The notes: generated by a model not told the origin, from the sequence alone. DNA of 64,000 nt from an uncultured virus (IMG/VR IMGVR_UViG_640069328_000004) (IMGVR_UViG_640069328_000004), one strand, 5' to 3'. Numbered from the stretch's first letter, positions 8,897 through 17,125 are shown. Numbers and translations: made by a program.

Positions 8897-8925
8897 TTGC
8901 TAGAACGGATTGAGAACGAGAGAAT
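8897..8925 (+). promoter_or_regulatory. Putative SOS promoter with alphaproteobacterial LexA box
   Basis: TTGCTA-N17-GAGAAT with GAAC-GGATTGA-GAAC (8903-8917) in the spacer. Confidence 0.65.
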
Positions 8926-8954
8926 GAGTCGAAAAAGGACGGGGGGGTGATCGT

Positions 8955-9071
8955 TTGAGGTATTCGTTGCGGGATTTCATAGTGCTGCTGGTCGCCACCC
9001 TGACAGGGTGGTCTATCAGCGCCATAAGTAGGTTTGTGCCTGGGGGCCGGAAGCGCGGCGCCAAACGCTAG
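8955..9071 (+). CDS. 38-aa micro-ORF convergent on cI (candidate antirepressor; not in track)
   Basis: TTG start after GGGGGTG; MRYSLRDFIVLLVATLTGWSISAISRFVPGGRKRGAKR; stop overlaps the cI stop. Confidence 0.4.
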   Translation: MRYSLRDFIVLLVATLTGWSISAISRFVPGGRKRGAKR

Positions 9072-9400
9072 CTTTCGTTCTCGCCGGGTGGGAGCGAGCG
9101 CAGCTTGTGAAGCTCGGCCAGCAGCTGGTGCCTCAAGCTCGAAGGCGTGTCTTGTACGTTCGCCCGATAGAGATAATTCAGTCCGAAGTCATATAGATCC
9201 GCGATGAGCGCGGCTTTTGTGATCGACAGCCCCTCCTCGCCCTTCTCAATTCTGGTGAGCGCGCTGCGGTCTAGGCCCACAGAGTCTGCTAGCTGAGCCT
9301 TGCTGAGACCGAGCGTCTCCCGCATCGCCGTAAGACGTAGTCCGACCCGCACGGGGTTCATTTCGGGAGAGAGAAGCGCTTCAAGACGTGGCTTTTTCAT
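9068..9400 (-). CDS. CI-like XRE repressor, no S24 peptidase domain
   Basis: RETLGLSKAQLADSVGLDRSALTRIEKG HTH; divergent from cro; start uncertain. Confidence 0.85.
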   Translation of the reverse strand: MKKPRLEALLSPEMNPVRVGLRLTAMRETLGLSKAQLADSVGLDRSALTRIEKGEEGLSITKAALIADLYDFGLNYLYRANVQDTPSSLRHQLLAELHKLRSLPPGENES

Positions 9401-9420
9401 AGACGCAGCATCATGCGCTG

Positions 9421-9482
9421 CGGAGAAAACCTCCATGGTTTCATTCTCCATCTTGACTGGTGGAGAAAATCTCCATTATGCA
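9421..9482. promoter_or_regulatory. P1 OR: three operators and PR
   Basis: CGGAGAAAACCTCCA 9421-9435, TGGTTTCATTCTCCA 9436-9450, TGGAGAAAATCTCCA 9461-9475; TTGACT 9453-9458. Confidence 0.8.
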
Positions 9483-9488
9483 TACCCC

Positions 9489-9737
9489 ATGTCAGATCTA
9501 TGCACTGTCCGTGACGTCATCGCGCTCTGGCCTAGCAGGTCAGAGATGGCTCGAGATCTTACTGCTGTGTCGGCGAGGCCGGTGAGCCTTGGACGCATCC
9601 ACAAGTGGGCGCTGAGCGGAGTTATTCCGGCAGGATACCATGGCAGCATTCTAAGGGCCGCTCAGGCGCGGGGGCTGCACGTCACCGCGGAGGATCTCGT
9701 GCGGGTTCATGATGCCCATGAAAGGGGGGCAGCATGA
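9489..9737 (+). CDS. Cro-like HTH protein
   Basis: 82 aa, VIALWPSRSEMARDL..IHKW...GVIP; first gene of the right operon. Confidence 0.75.
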   Translation: MSDLCTVRDVIALWPSRSEMARDLTAVSARPVSLGRIHKWALSGVIPAGYHGSILRAAQARGLHVTAEDLVRVHDAHERGAA

Positions 9738-9795
9738 CCACCCGCCATAGCCACCATTCCAGTTGGGCGATACTTCGGCCCAAAATGGGGGCAGC

Positions 9796-10140
9796 GTGAT
9801 GACCTACGCTGCCCCGTTCGATCGTCATGAAATCGCTTCGTCATCGAAACCCCGTGCCAAGGGACAAGATGGAGCGAACATGCGGAAAAATCCTGCCAAT
9901 TCTGACGAGCACGCCAGAACGAGCCGTCGGTGGTTCTCGAACCTGCTGCGCCGGGCCTTCCCGGCCAGCTCTGAGGCCGAACTGGCCGAACGCGCGGCGC
10001 CTGTGCTGGGGGTGAGCACCCGGCAGGTGCGAAACTGGCTGCGCGAGGATCACGATGCGTCCCTCCGCTACGTCACAGCGGTGATGATGATCGCAGGCGC
10101 GGAGGTGGTCTTCTCGCGGATGGAAGGCCGCAAGCCATGA
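9796..10140 (+). CDS. CII-position HTH protein (alternative start 9880)
   Basis: AAPVLGVSTRQVRNWL; paralogue at 45321-45662. Confidence 0.7.
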   Translation: MMTYAAPFDRHEIASSSKPRAKGQDGANMRKNPANSDEHARTSRRWFSNLLRRAFPASSEAELAERAAPVLGVSTRQVRNWLREDHDASLRYVTAVMMIAGAEVVFSRMEGRKP

Positions 10141-10388
10141 TCCGGGTCTGCTGGCACATCACCAGGCGCTTCTACGAGGTGCGGGCCTGCCGCGCCTCGT
10201 CCAAGGGCCTGATGGATAAGCATCGGCGTCTGCAAGGAAAAGCCATGAAATATTCTTCCCTGATCGAGCACTACGAGGCGCATCACCAGAGCCCGGAGCC
10301 GGAATTTGATCGCCTGCCGAGCGGCTGGTACCTCGTCCCGCTGTTCGCGGTTCTGGCCGGCGTGGCTGCCATCGTGACGCTCGTATGA
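10137..10388 (+). CDS. Small protein with C-terminal TM segment
   Basis: ATGA-coupled; paralogue at 45659-45907. Confidence 0.65.
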   Translation: MIRVCWHITRRFYEVRACRASSKGLMDKHRRLQGKAMKYSSLIEHYEAHHQSPEPEFDRLPSGWYLVPLFAVLAGVAAIVTLV

Positions 10389-10431
10389 GTTTCGCCGCCG
10401 CGCCCGTGCCTGCCTTGGTCGCGGCCACTCA

Positions 10432-10467
10432 GCCGGGGGCGCTCGCTCCTTCTGCCCCCGGCCTTTT
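10432..10467 (+). terminator. Putative tR1-like terminator
   Basis: GCCGGGGGCG...TGCCCCCGGC-CTTTT; related hairpin plus TTTT at about 45948-45975 in P2. Confidence 0.5.
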
Positions 10468-10530
10468 CCCTTCGGTGCCGCCCTCTTCCCCGGGCTGGAT
10501 AGCCGTGGAGCAGCCGGAGGCCGCATCCAA

Positions 10531-11049
10531 ATGACCGCGCCCCTGCGCCCCTTGCCGCTATCCCACGTCCCGGACTGGACCGCGCTCCGCGCTCATCCCG
10601 CCCGCGATGCGGGGCTGCTGCATTTCGGCGCCGGCCCGGCGCTGGTGGCGCGCCGCGCGAAGCTCGGCCGGCCGGTCTATCTCGCCACGCCCTACAGCTT
10701 GCGAGCCGTGGATCCGGAGGGCCGATGGTCGGCAGACATGTCGGCTGCGGCCATGGGCGATGCCGGGCGCGAGATCGTGCGGCTGCAGCAGGTGGGCGTG
10801 ACGGCGATCTCGCCCGTCGCCCTCTCGGGCGTGGCGGTGCATGCCACGCTCTATCCACGGCCCGTGCTCGATCCGCTGGATGCGGCGCTCTGGGCCGACT
10901 GGTGTCGCCCGATCCTCGATACCTGCTCCGCCGTCGTGGTGCCCGACATCCGCGGCTGGTCGCGCTCTCTCGGCATCTGGCACGAGGTACGCGCCGCGCT
11001 CGCGCGCCAGACCTCGGTCTTCATCTATGCGGAGGGGCCGGAGCAATGA
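10531..11049 (+). CDS. DUF1937-like protein (nucleoside deoxyribosyltransferase-like fold)
   Basis: VYLATPYS...ISPV...W...GWSRSLGIWHE. Confidence 0.75.
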   Translation: MTAPLRPLPLSHVPDWTALRAHPARDAGLLHFGAGPALVARRAKLGRPVYLATPYSLRAVDPEGRWSADMSAAAMGDAGREIVRLQQVGVTAISPVALSGVAVHATLYPRPVLDPLDAALWADWCRPILDTCSAVVVPDIRGWSRSLGIWHEVRAALARQTSVFIYAEGPEQ

Positions 11050-11513
11050 TCCACCGCGGAAAGATCACGAGCGAGGCGGAACTGCGCCGGCTGTGGGCGG
11101 ACCCGAGCCTCAGCATCTCTGAGATCGGGCGCCGGCTCGGCATCAGCTATCAGGCGGTCCAGCAGCGGGCTGCGCTGCGCGGGCTCGGCCCCCGGCCGGT
11201 GGCGCCCAACGAATGGGCGCGCTGGGTGCCGCCCGAGGACTTTGCCGAAATGTGGCGCGCGGGAGTGAGCCTGCGCGACATGGAGGCGGCCTTCGGCGTC
11301 GCGCACAACACCATCACGAAGGCAGCCCGGCAGATGAAGCTCGAGCGCCGGCGGATCTGCCGCTGGACCGCGCTGCCGCTGGCCGAATTCCGCCTCCACC
11401 AACGCCTCGCCGCAGCCGCCGCCGAAACACGGGCGGCGATGGATATGCGCGAGATGGTGGACCGCCCCTATCACGGCAAAAGGCGCTCTCGCGTCGAAGC
11501 GAGGGCCGTATGA
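11046..11513 (+). CDS. Tandem-HTH hypothetical protein
   Basis: ELRRLWADPSLSISEIGRRLGIS and MWRAGVSLRDMEAAFGV; ATGA-coupled. Confidence 0.7.
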   Translation: MIHRGKITSEAELRRLWADPSLSISEIGRRLGISYQAVQQRAALRGLGPRPVAPNEWARWVPPEDFAEMWRAGVSLRDMEAAFGVAHNTITKAARQMKLERRRICRWTALPLAEFRLHQRLAAAAAETRAAMDMREMVDRPYHGKRRSRVEARAV

Positions 11514-11803
11514 CGCCCGAAGACGCCGCCCGCGCTGCCGAGATCCGCGCCCGGGGCTATCCCGCGCGGATCACCGAAATCATCGCCGAGGTCGCAGAGG
11601 CGACGGGCTGGGAGCCGCAGGAGATCACCGGCGCGCGCGTGTTCCCGGGCCTCGTCCAGGCCCGCGACCTCGCCTGTTTCATCGCGCGCCGCGAGGGCTT
11701 CTCGCTGACTCAGATCGGCAACGTCCTGCGGCGTGACCATTCCAGCATCAAGACGGCGCTGCAGCGCGAGCAGCGGCGCCGGGGAGGGGCCAATGCCACA
11801 TGA
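11510..11803 (+). CDS. Stand-alone DnaA C-terminal (domain IV)-like HTH protein
   Basis: LVQARDLACFIARREGFSLTQIGNVLRRDHSSI resembles the DnaA RDHTTV motif. Confidence 0.8.
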   Translation: MTPEDAARAAEIRARGYPARITEIIAEVAEATGWEPQEITGARVFPGLVQARDLACFIARREGFSLTQIGNVLRRDHSSIKTALQREQRRRGGANAT

Positions 11804-12437
11804 TCACCCGCTGGAGACGGAAGTCATCGGAGAATTCTGGGAATACCCGCTCGCCTTCGGCGAGACGCTCTCGAGCCACGACTGGGTGCCGCTCTACACC
11901 AATCGGCTGCTCACGTCGCGCTTCGTCGCCCGCGCACTGGCTGAGGGACGGCGGGCCGACATCGGCACCGCGCTCATCCTGTGGGCGGAGGCGTTCCGGC
12001 AGGACCCCGCAGGCACCTTGCCCGATGACGATCTCGAACTCGCCCGGTTGGCCGGATTCGGAGCGGATCTCGACGGCTGGCGCGCGGCACGGGCGGGAGC
12101 TCTCTATGGCTGGCGCGAGACCCATATCGCGAACCAGGAGGATGCCCGAGACAATCCCCGCCTCGGCCATCCGATGATCGCGGGCATCGCGCGCGACATG
12201 TATCGCCGGAAGCGGGGCCGGGATCAGGCGCGAACCGAGGGAGCTAAGGCCATGGCCCGCACGCGGGTCAGAAGGAAGCTCATCGAGATCAACTGCACCC
12301 GCGCGGCTGACAGTGCGGACGTGGTCGCGCTCATCGCTGAATGGCTGATACAGCGCGATCTCTACATCACCTCCGACAACGTGCGCGCCGCCTTCGAGGC
12401 CACCCGAGGGGGACCCAAGGTCGTGACGTTTCAATGA
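11793..12437 (+). CDS. Putative replication initiator (DUF1376/YdaU-like N-terminus)
   Basis: WVPLYTNRLLTS...LILW...QDPAGTLPDDDLELARLAG; followed by an iteron array. Confidence 0.65.
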   Translation: MPHDHPLETEVIGEFWEYPLAFGETLSSHDWVPLYTNRLLTSRFVARALAEGRRADIGTALILWAEAFRQDPAGTLPDDDLELARLAGFGADLDGWRAARAGALYGWRETHIANQEDARDNPRLGHPMIAGIARDMYRRKRGRDQARTEGAKAMARTRVRRKLIEINCTRAADSADVVALIAEWLIQRDLYITSDNVRAAFEATRGGPKVVTFQ

Positions 12438-12570
12438 CTTAACAGTGTTATAACTGTTATTAACTGTTAGCCTAACAGTTAATAACTGTGATCTAACAGG
12501 CCCGGAAGTGTTATTGCCCTACAGGACAAGACAGGACCGGACCCAACAAAACAGAACCTGACAAAACACT
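12438..12570. repeat. Putative P1 replication origin (iterons)
   Basis: AT-rich; TAAC(A/T)G at 12440, 12451, 12461, 12473, 12483, 12494; then a roughly 5-bp periodic GACAG/GACAA-like tract. Confidence 0.65.
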
Positions 12571-12645
12571 CCTTCTGGTGGGGTGAGATGATCGGGCGGC
12601 AGCGAGCGCGGCAGGCGTGGCAATGCTGAGAAAGGGAACGGGGCC

Positions 12646-13230
12646 ATGAGTGGAGCGAAGGCGGAAGACCGGGCGCGCGTGAAGGCGCTGGTGGTGGATC
12701 GGCTCGATCAAGCTGGGATGGCGCGCAAGCGCGGCGTGTCCGCAGCAGTGCATGAGGCGACGATGGGGCGGATCTGCGAGCGCCTCGCCTACATGAGCGA
12801 CGACAACCTCATGACGCTGGCCGAGACCCTGATCGACAACGCCCCGGATAGCATCTGGCCGTCCGAGCTGGTGATCCGGGAGTTCGCGCGGGGGCTCCAG
12901 GAGCCGCCCGCGGCCGAGCGGCGGATCGTGACCAGCTGGCTCGCGTCGATCGAGGGGCCGAAGGCGGAGGCGGGCGGACATCTGGTCGAGCTCTATCGCT
13001 GGCTCCTGAAACATCCTCGCCCGCCCATGGCGATGGACATGCGCGGGATCCGGGAGCAGGCGGCGGAGAACGCCCGGCGCTGCGAGCTGACCCGCGACCG
13101 GATCGACCGGGAGACGGCGAGCCCGGAGGATCGGGGCTGGCTTGAGCAATACCTGCGGGACCGGGATGCGGCCCGCGCGCTGGTCGATGCCGGGCGGGGG
13201 CAGAAGGGCGATGAGGGGACGGCGGCATGA
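12646..13230 (+). CDS. Conserved hypothetical protein, replication block
   Basis: 194 aa; close paralogue at 47350-47928. Confidence 0.75.
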   Translation: MSGAKAEDRARVKALVVDRLDQAGMARKRGVSAAVHEATMGRICERLAYMSDDNLMTLAETLIDNAPDSIWPSELVIREFARGLQEPPAAERRIVTSWLASIEGPKAEAGGHLVELYRWLLKHPRPPMAMDMRGIREQAAENARRCELTRDRIDRETASPEDRGWLEQYLRDRDAARALVDAGRGQKGDEGTAA

Positions 13231-13889
13231 TCGGGCGGGCGGTGGATATGCGGCAGGCACGGATGGTGGCGCCGGCGCGGCGAGAGATGTCGATCGAACG
13301 CGCGCTCGTCTGGGCGTTCCAGACCGAGTGCGCCAGCGTCGACTTCGCGGAAGAAGCCGCGCCGGATAGCTATCGCCGGGCCGTCTCGTCGGCATGGCTG
13401 GTGGCGCAGCGGGGCGCCATCGGGTGCCGCATCGACGGCGGCGGGCATTCCCTTCCGGCTGACGATGCCGAGATGATCGCCTCGGCCGTGGCGGCGCTTC
13501 CACCCGAGCATGGCGGGCGCGGCATGGCGGTGAAGATCGCCGCCCTCGCGCGCGCCGGCATGCGGCCCGACTGGATGCCCGACGCGCGCCCGCGTTGCGT
13601 TCCGCGGGAGTGGCATATGAACCCCCACGGGAGGCACGCACGCAAGGAGGTGGTGGGAGAGTTCACCATCGAGCATCGCGGGCGGAAGCTCGTGCGGAAG
13701 ATAGAGGCCTGCCCCGTCACCTATGTGCCGAGTCAGGCTCAGATTGCGGCGGCTCGCCGCGAATGGCTCAGCTGGTGGGGCGCGCTGCTCCATCTCGGCC
13801 ACGAAATCGGCTCGATGGGCCTTCTGGAAACCATCGCGTTGACCAGGGACATGCCGCCCATGACGCCGTGGCGCGCACAAGAGGGTTGA
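13227..13889 (+). CDS. Conserved hypothetical protein in the late-regulator (Q) position
   Basis: 220 aa; paralogue at 47925-48587; directly precedes the late promoter/terminator. Confidence 0.7.
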   Translation: MIGRAVDMRQARMVAPARREMSIERALVWAFQTECASVDFAEEAAPDSYRRAVSSAWLVAQRGAIGCRIDGGGHSLPADDAEMIASAVAALPPEHGGRGMAVKIAALARAGMRPDWMPDARPRCVPREWHMNPHGRHARKEVVGEFTIEHRGRKLVRKIEACPVTYVPSQAQIAAARREWLSWWGALLHLGHEIGSMGLLETIALTRDMPPMTPWRAQEG

Positions 13890-13968
13890 CAGAAGTTAGC
13901 CCCGTTGACATTTTGCAGGCGGACCGAATGGCGCCCGGAGAGCAGATGCTCCCCGGGCGCTTCTCGTT
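13886..13968 (+). promoter_or_regulatory. Putative late promoter and leader terminator (pR'/tR'-like)
   Basis: TTGACA-N17-CATTTT, hairpin 13931-13960, then TTCTCGTT; conserved at 48584-48666. Confidence 0.65.
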
Positions 13969-13995
13969 CTGGCACCCTCACATCGGCAGGCAGAC

Positions 13996-14895
13996 ATGGC
14001 GCGGCTCAGGAAGATCCCGCAGCGGCTTGCCTCTGCGCCCGCACGTCTGGCACCGCTCTCAGGCGGTGACGGTCGCAGCAGAACCAAGGCTCGCCTGACG
14101 TTCTCGCCGTGGCGCGCGTGGTATAACACCGCCCGCTGGCGCGCTCTTCGGTGGGAGATCCTGACCAAGGCGGCCTTCACCTGCCGCCTGTGCGGCCGGA
14201 TCGAGGGGAACACATCGCAGCTCGTGGCTGACCACAAGGAGCCGCACCGGGGCGACGAGGCGCTGTTCTGGGATCGCGACAACCTGCAGTGTCTGTGCAA
14301 GCCCTGCCATGACAGCGTGAAGCAGAGTGAGGAGCGCGCGCAGCCGCAGGCGGCATCGCCTGCTCCGATGGCACGGCCGGATTGGTTCCGGCCCGTGCAT
14401 GTGCCGCTCACCATCGTCGTGGGCCCGCCGGGCGCGGGCAAGTCGACGTGGGTGAGAGCAGCGGCCGCACCCGACGATCTGGTCATCTGCTTCGAGCAGA
14501 TCACGCGCCGGGTGCTGGGGATTGACCGTCTCAATGCGGAGGATGGCGACCGGCGCATCGGTGATGTGCTGCGCCAGCGGAACGCCATGCTCGGCGACCT
14601 GATGCGGGTCAGCGCCCGGGACCGGTGGCCGCGCGCATGGCTGATCCTGACGGAGCCGCGGGCCGATCACCGGCAGTGGTGGGCGGATCGCCTGCGCCCC
14701 GAGCGGATCGTGGTGCTGGCCACGCCGGAGGCAGAGTGCGTGCGCCGGTGCCAGGCCGATGCAGCCGCAGGAGACCGGCGAAAGGCGGGCATTGCCGCCG
14801 TCGTCGCGAGGTGGTGGGCCGACTACAGCCCCCGGCCCGGCGAGATCGTCATCGCGCCCCCTCCCCCGGGGGTGGGTGCAAAGTCCGGGGAGTGA
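13996..14895 (+). CDS. HNH endonuclease fused to a P-loop kinase/AAA-like domain
   Basis: CRLC...ADHKEPHRGD...NLQCLCKPCH, then VVGPPGAGKST. Confidence 0.85.
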   Translation: MARLRKIPQRLASAPARLAPLSGGDGRSRTKARLTFSPWRAWYNTARWRALRWEILTKAAFTCRLCGRIEGNTSQLVADHKEPHRGDEALFWDRDNLQCLCKPCHDSVKQSEERAQPQAASPAPMARPDWFRPVHVPLTIVVGPPGAGKSTWVRAAAAPDDLVICFEQITRRVLGIDRLNAEDGDRRIGDVLRQRNAMLGDLMRVSARDRWPRAWLILTEPRADHRQWWADRLRPERIVVLATPEAECVRRCQADAAAGDRRKAGIAAVVARWWADYSPRPGEIVIAPPPPGVGAKSGE

Positions 14896-14937
14896 CGGAA
14901 GGAAGACCCGCGCTCCCCTCACGCGGAGATTTTTTTC

Positions 14938-15414
14938 TTGGACAGCGGAAAAACGACAATCGACCTCTTCGGCGACTGCGTCACGCTGCCCTCGGGGCGC
15001 CGTGGACGGCCGTCCCATCAGTGGTCCAAATCGAACGCCGACAAGGTGATCATGGGCCTGGCGCTCGGCTACAAGGCCGAGGAGATCGCGCAGGGGCTGC
15101 ACATCTCCCTGCCCACCTTGCGGAAGTATTATTTTTCCGAGCTGCGCGCCGCGTCGATGCAGCGGATCCGGTTCGAGCTGTGGCGGGCGAAGATCCTCGC
15201 GGACGAGGCCAACAAGGGCAATGTCGGCGCGTTCAAGGAACTCGGGAAGATCATGGAGAAGCGGGACCGTCTGGCGGCCGAGCAGGCCCTGAAGGATCAG
15301 CCGGCCGATGCGGCCGCTGAGCCGATCGGCAAGAAGGAGGCCGCACGCCGCGCCGCGGCCGAGGCGGCGAACTCGGACCCGGACCTGACGCCGGGCGTCT
15401 ACCGGACGCACTGA
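14938..15414 (+). CDS. Putative terminase small subunit
   Basis: Precedes TerL; GRP...HTH (IAQGLHISLPTLRKYY)...GKKE. Confidence 0.7.
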   Translation: MDSGKTTIDLFGDCVTLPSGRRGRPSHQWSKSNADKVIMGLALGYKAEEIAQGLHISLPTLRKYYFSELRAASMQRIRFELWRAKILADEANKGNVGAFKELGKIMEKRDRLAAEQALKDQPADAAAEPIGKKEAARRAAAEAANSDPDLTPGVYRTH

Positions 15415-15415
15415 C

Positions 15416-17125
15416 ATGATCCACGCCAACGACTGGTCGACCGCCTGCCCGGACTGGGCGGAGCGGCTCGCGGCAGGCCGTCCGCTGATCCCCGACCTGC
15501 CGCTCTTCCGGCCGGTTGCGGACAAGGCGCTGCGGATCTTCAAGAGCCTGCGCGTCCCGGACATGATCGGGACGCCGACGCTGGGCGAGGTCTGCGAGGA
15601 ATGGATCTTCGATCTCGTGCGCGCCATCTTCGGCGCCTACGACCCGGAGACCCGCCGCCGGATGATCCGGCAGTTCTTCGTGATGATCCCGAAGAAGAAC
15701 GGGAAGTCCTCGATCGCAGCCGCGATCATCGTGACGGCGGTGATCCTCAACGAGCGCCCGCTGGCAGAGGCGATCCTGATCGCCGAGACGCAGAAGATCG
15801 CGGACATCGCCTTCCGCCAGGCGGCCGGGATCATCCGGCTCGACGCGCGGCTCGACAAGGAAAAGGGCGGCATCTTCGACGTCAAGGATCACTCCAAGAC
15901 GATCGTGCACATGAACACGGGCGCGGTGATCCGCATCCTCTCGGCCGATGGCGATGTCATCACCGGGTCGAAGGCGGCCTACATCCTCGTGGATGAGACG
16001 CATGTGCTCGGCCACAAGTCGAAGGCGGATGCGATCTACCTTGAGCTGGAAGGCGGGCTCGCCGCCCGGCCCGAGGGCTTCCTGCTGGAGATCACGACCC
16101 AGTCGAAGGTCCAGCCGCATGGCGAGTTCAAGCGGCGGCTGAAGCTGGCCCGCGACGTGCGCGATGGCAAGGTGAGCCTGCCGATCCTGCCGGTGCTCTA
16201 CGAGCTGCCGGCAAAGATGCAGGCCGCCAAGGCATGGATGGACGACAGCACCTGGGGGCTGGTGAACCCGAACCTCGAGCGGTCGGTCTCGATCGACTTC
16301 CTGCGCGAGAAGTTCGTGGAGGCGCAGCAGGGCGGGGACGACAAGCTCGCGCTCTTCGCCTCGCAGCATCTCAACGTGGAGATGGGCATCGGCCTGCATT
16401 CCGACCGTTGGGTCGGGGCGGACTACTGGCTGAAGAATGCAGAGCCGGGGCTGACCTATGCGCAGCTGCTCGACCAGTGCGAGGTTGTCATCTTCGGCGG
16501 CGATGTCGGCGGCGCGGACGATCTCTTCGGCCTCACGGCCATCGGCCGGCACCGCCAGACCAAGATCTGGCTGACCTGCAGCTGGGCGTGGTGCGTCAGA
16601 GACGTGCTGAAGAACCGCAAGGAGATCGCGCCCCGGCTCGAGGAGCTGGAGAGGGCCGGAGATCTTCGGATCACCGATGGCGCGGCCGAGCATGTCGAGG
16701 AGGCGGTCGCGATCATCTGCGAGGCGCGGGACGCGGGCAGGCTTCCGGACGGCGTCTGCATCGGCCTCGATCCCTATGGCGTGGCGGCTCTCGTCGATGC
16801 GCTGGAGGCCGAGGGCTTCGATCCGTCCACGCGGATCGCGCCCATCGGGCAGGGCTACAAGCTGAACGGCGCGGTGAAGGGACTGGAGCGGCGGCTGCTC
16901 GACGGCCGCATCCGGCATGCCGGCCAGCCGATGATGACGTGGTGCGTCGGCAACGCGAAGGCCGAGCAGCGCGGAAACAATGTCTACATCACGAAGGAGG
17001 CTGCAGGTGTGGCTAAGATCGATCCCCTGATCGCCCTCTTCACGGGGGCGGTGCTGATGGACACCAATCCTCAGGCCCCGGCAAGCCTCGACGACTTCCT
17101 GTCCGACCCGGTGATGGTGATCTGA
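15416..17125 (+). CDS. terL: Terminase large subunit (HK97/cos type)
   Basis: IPKKNGKS Walker A, ILVDETH Walker B, KIDPLIA nuclease motif. Confidence 0.93.
   Translation: MIHANDWSTACPDWAERLAAGRPLIPDLPLFRPVADKALRIFKSLRVPDMIGTPTLGEVCEEWIFDLVRAIFGAYDPETRRRMIRQFFVMIPKKNGKSSIAAAIIVTAVILNERPLAEAILIAETQKIADIAFRQAAGIIRLDARLDKEKGGIFDVKDHSKTIVHMNTGAVIRILSADGDVITGSKAAYILVDETHVLGHKSKADAIYLELEGGLAARPEGFLLEITTQSKVQPHGEFKRRLKLARDVRDGKVSLPILPVLYELPAKMQAAKAWMDDSTWGLVNPNLERSVSIDFLREKFVEAQQGGDDKLALFASQHLNVEMGIGLHSDRWVGADYWLKNAEPGLTYAQLLDQCEVVIFGGDVGGADDLFGLTAIGRHRQTKIWLTCSWAWCVRDVLKNRKEIAPRLEELERAGDLRITDGAAEHVEEAVAIICEARDAGRLPDGVCIGLDPYGVAALVDALEAEGFDPSTRIAPIGQGYKLNGAVKGLERRLLDGRIRHAGQPMMTWCVGNAKAEQRGNNVYITKEAAGVAKIDPLIALFTGAVLMDTNPQAPASLDDFLSDPVMVI

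Noticed and set aside
12438..12570. CRISPR array or CtrA box in the AT-rich repeats
   Set aside because: Repeats are 6-mers without spacers and no cas genes; only an imperfect TTAA-N7-ATAA, not preserved in P2
3651..14895. Restriction-modification system from the methyltransferases plus HNH
   Set aside because: The HNH is 9 kb away in the late operon at the packaging position; no nuclease is linked to the methyltransferases
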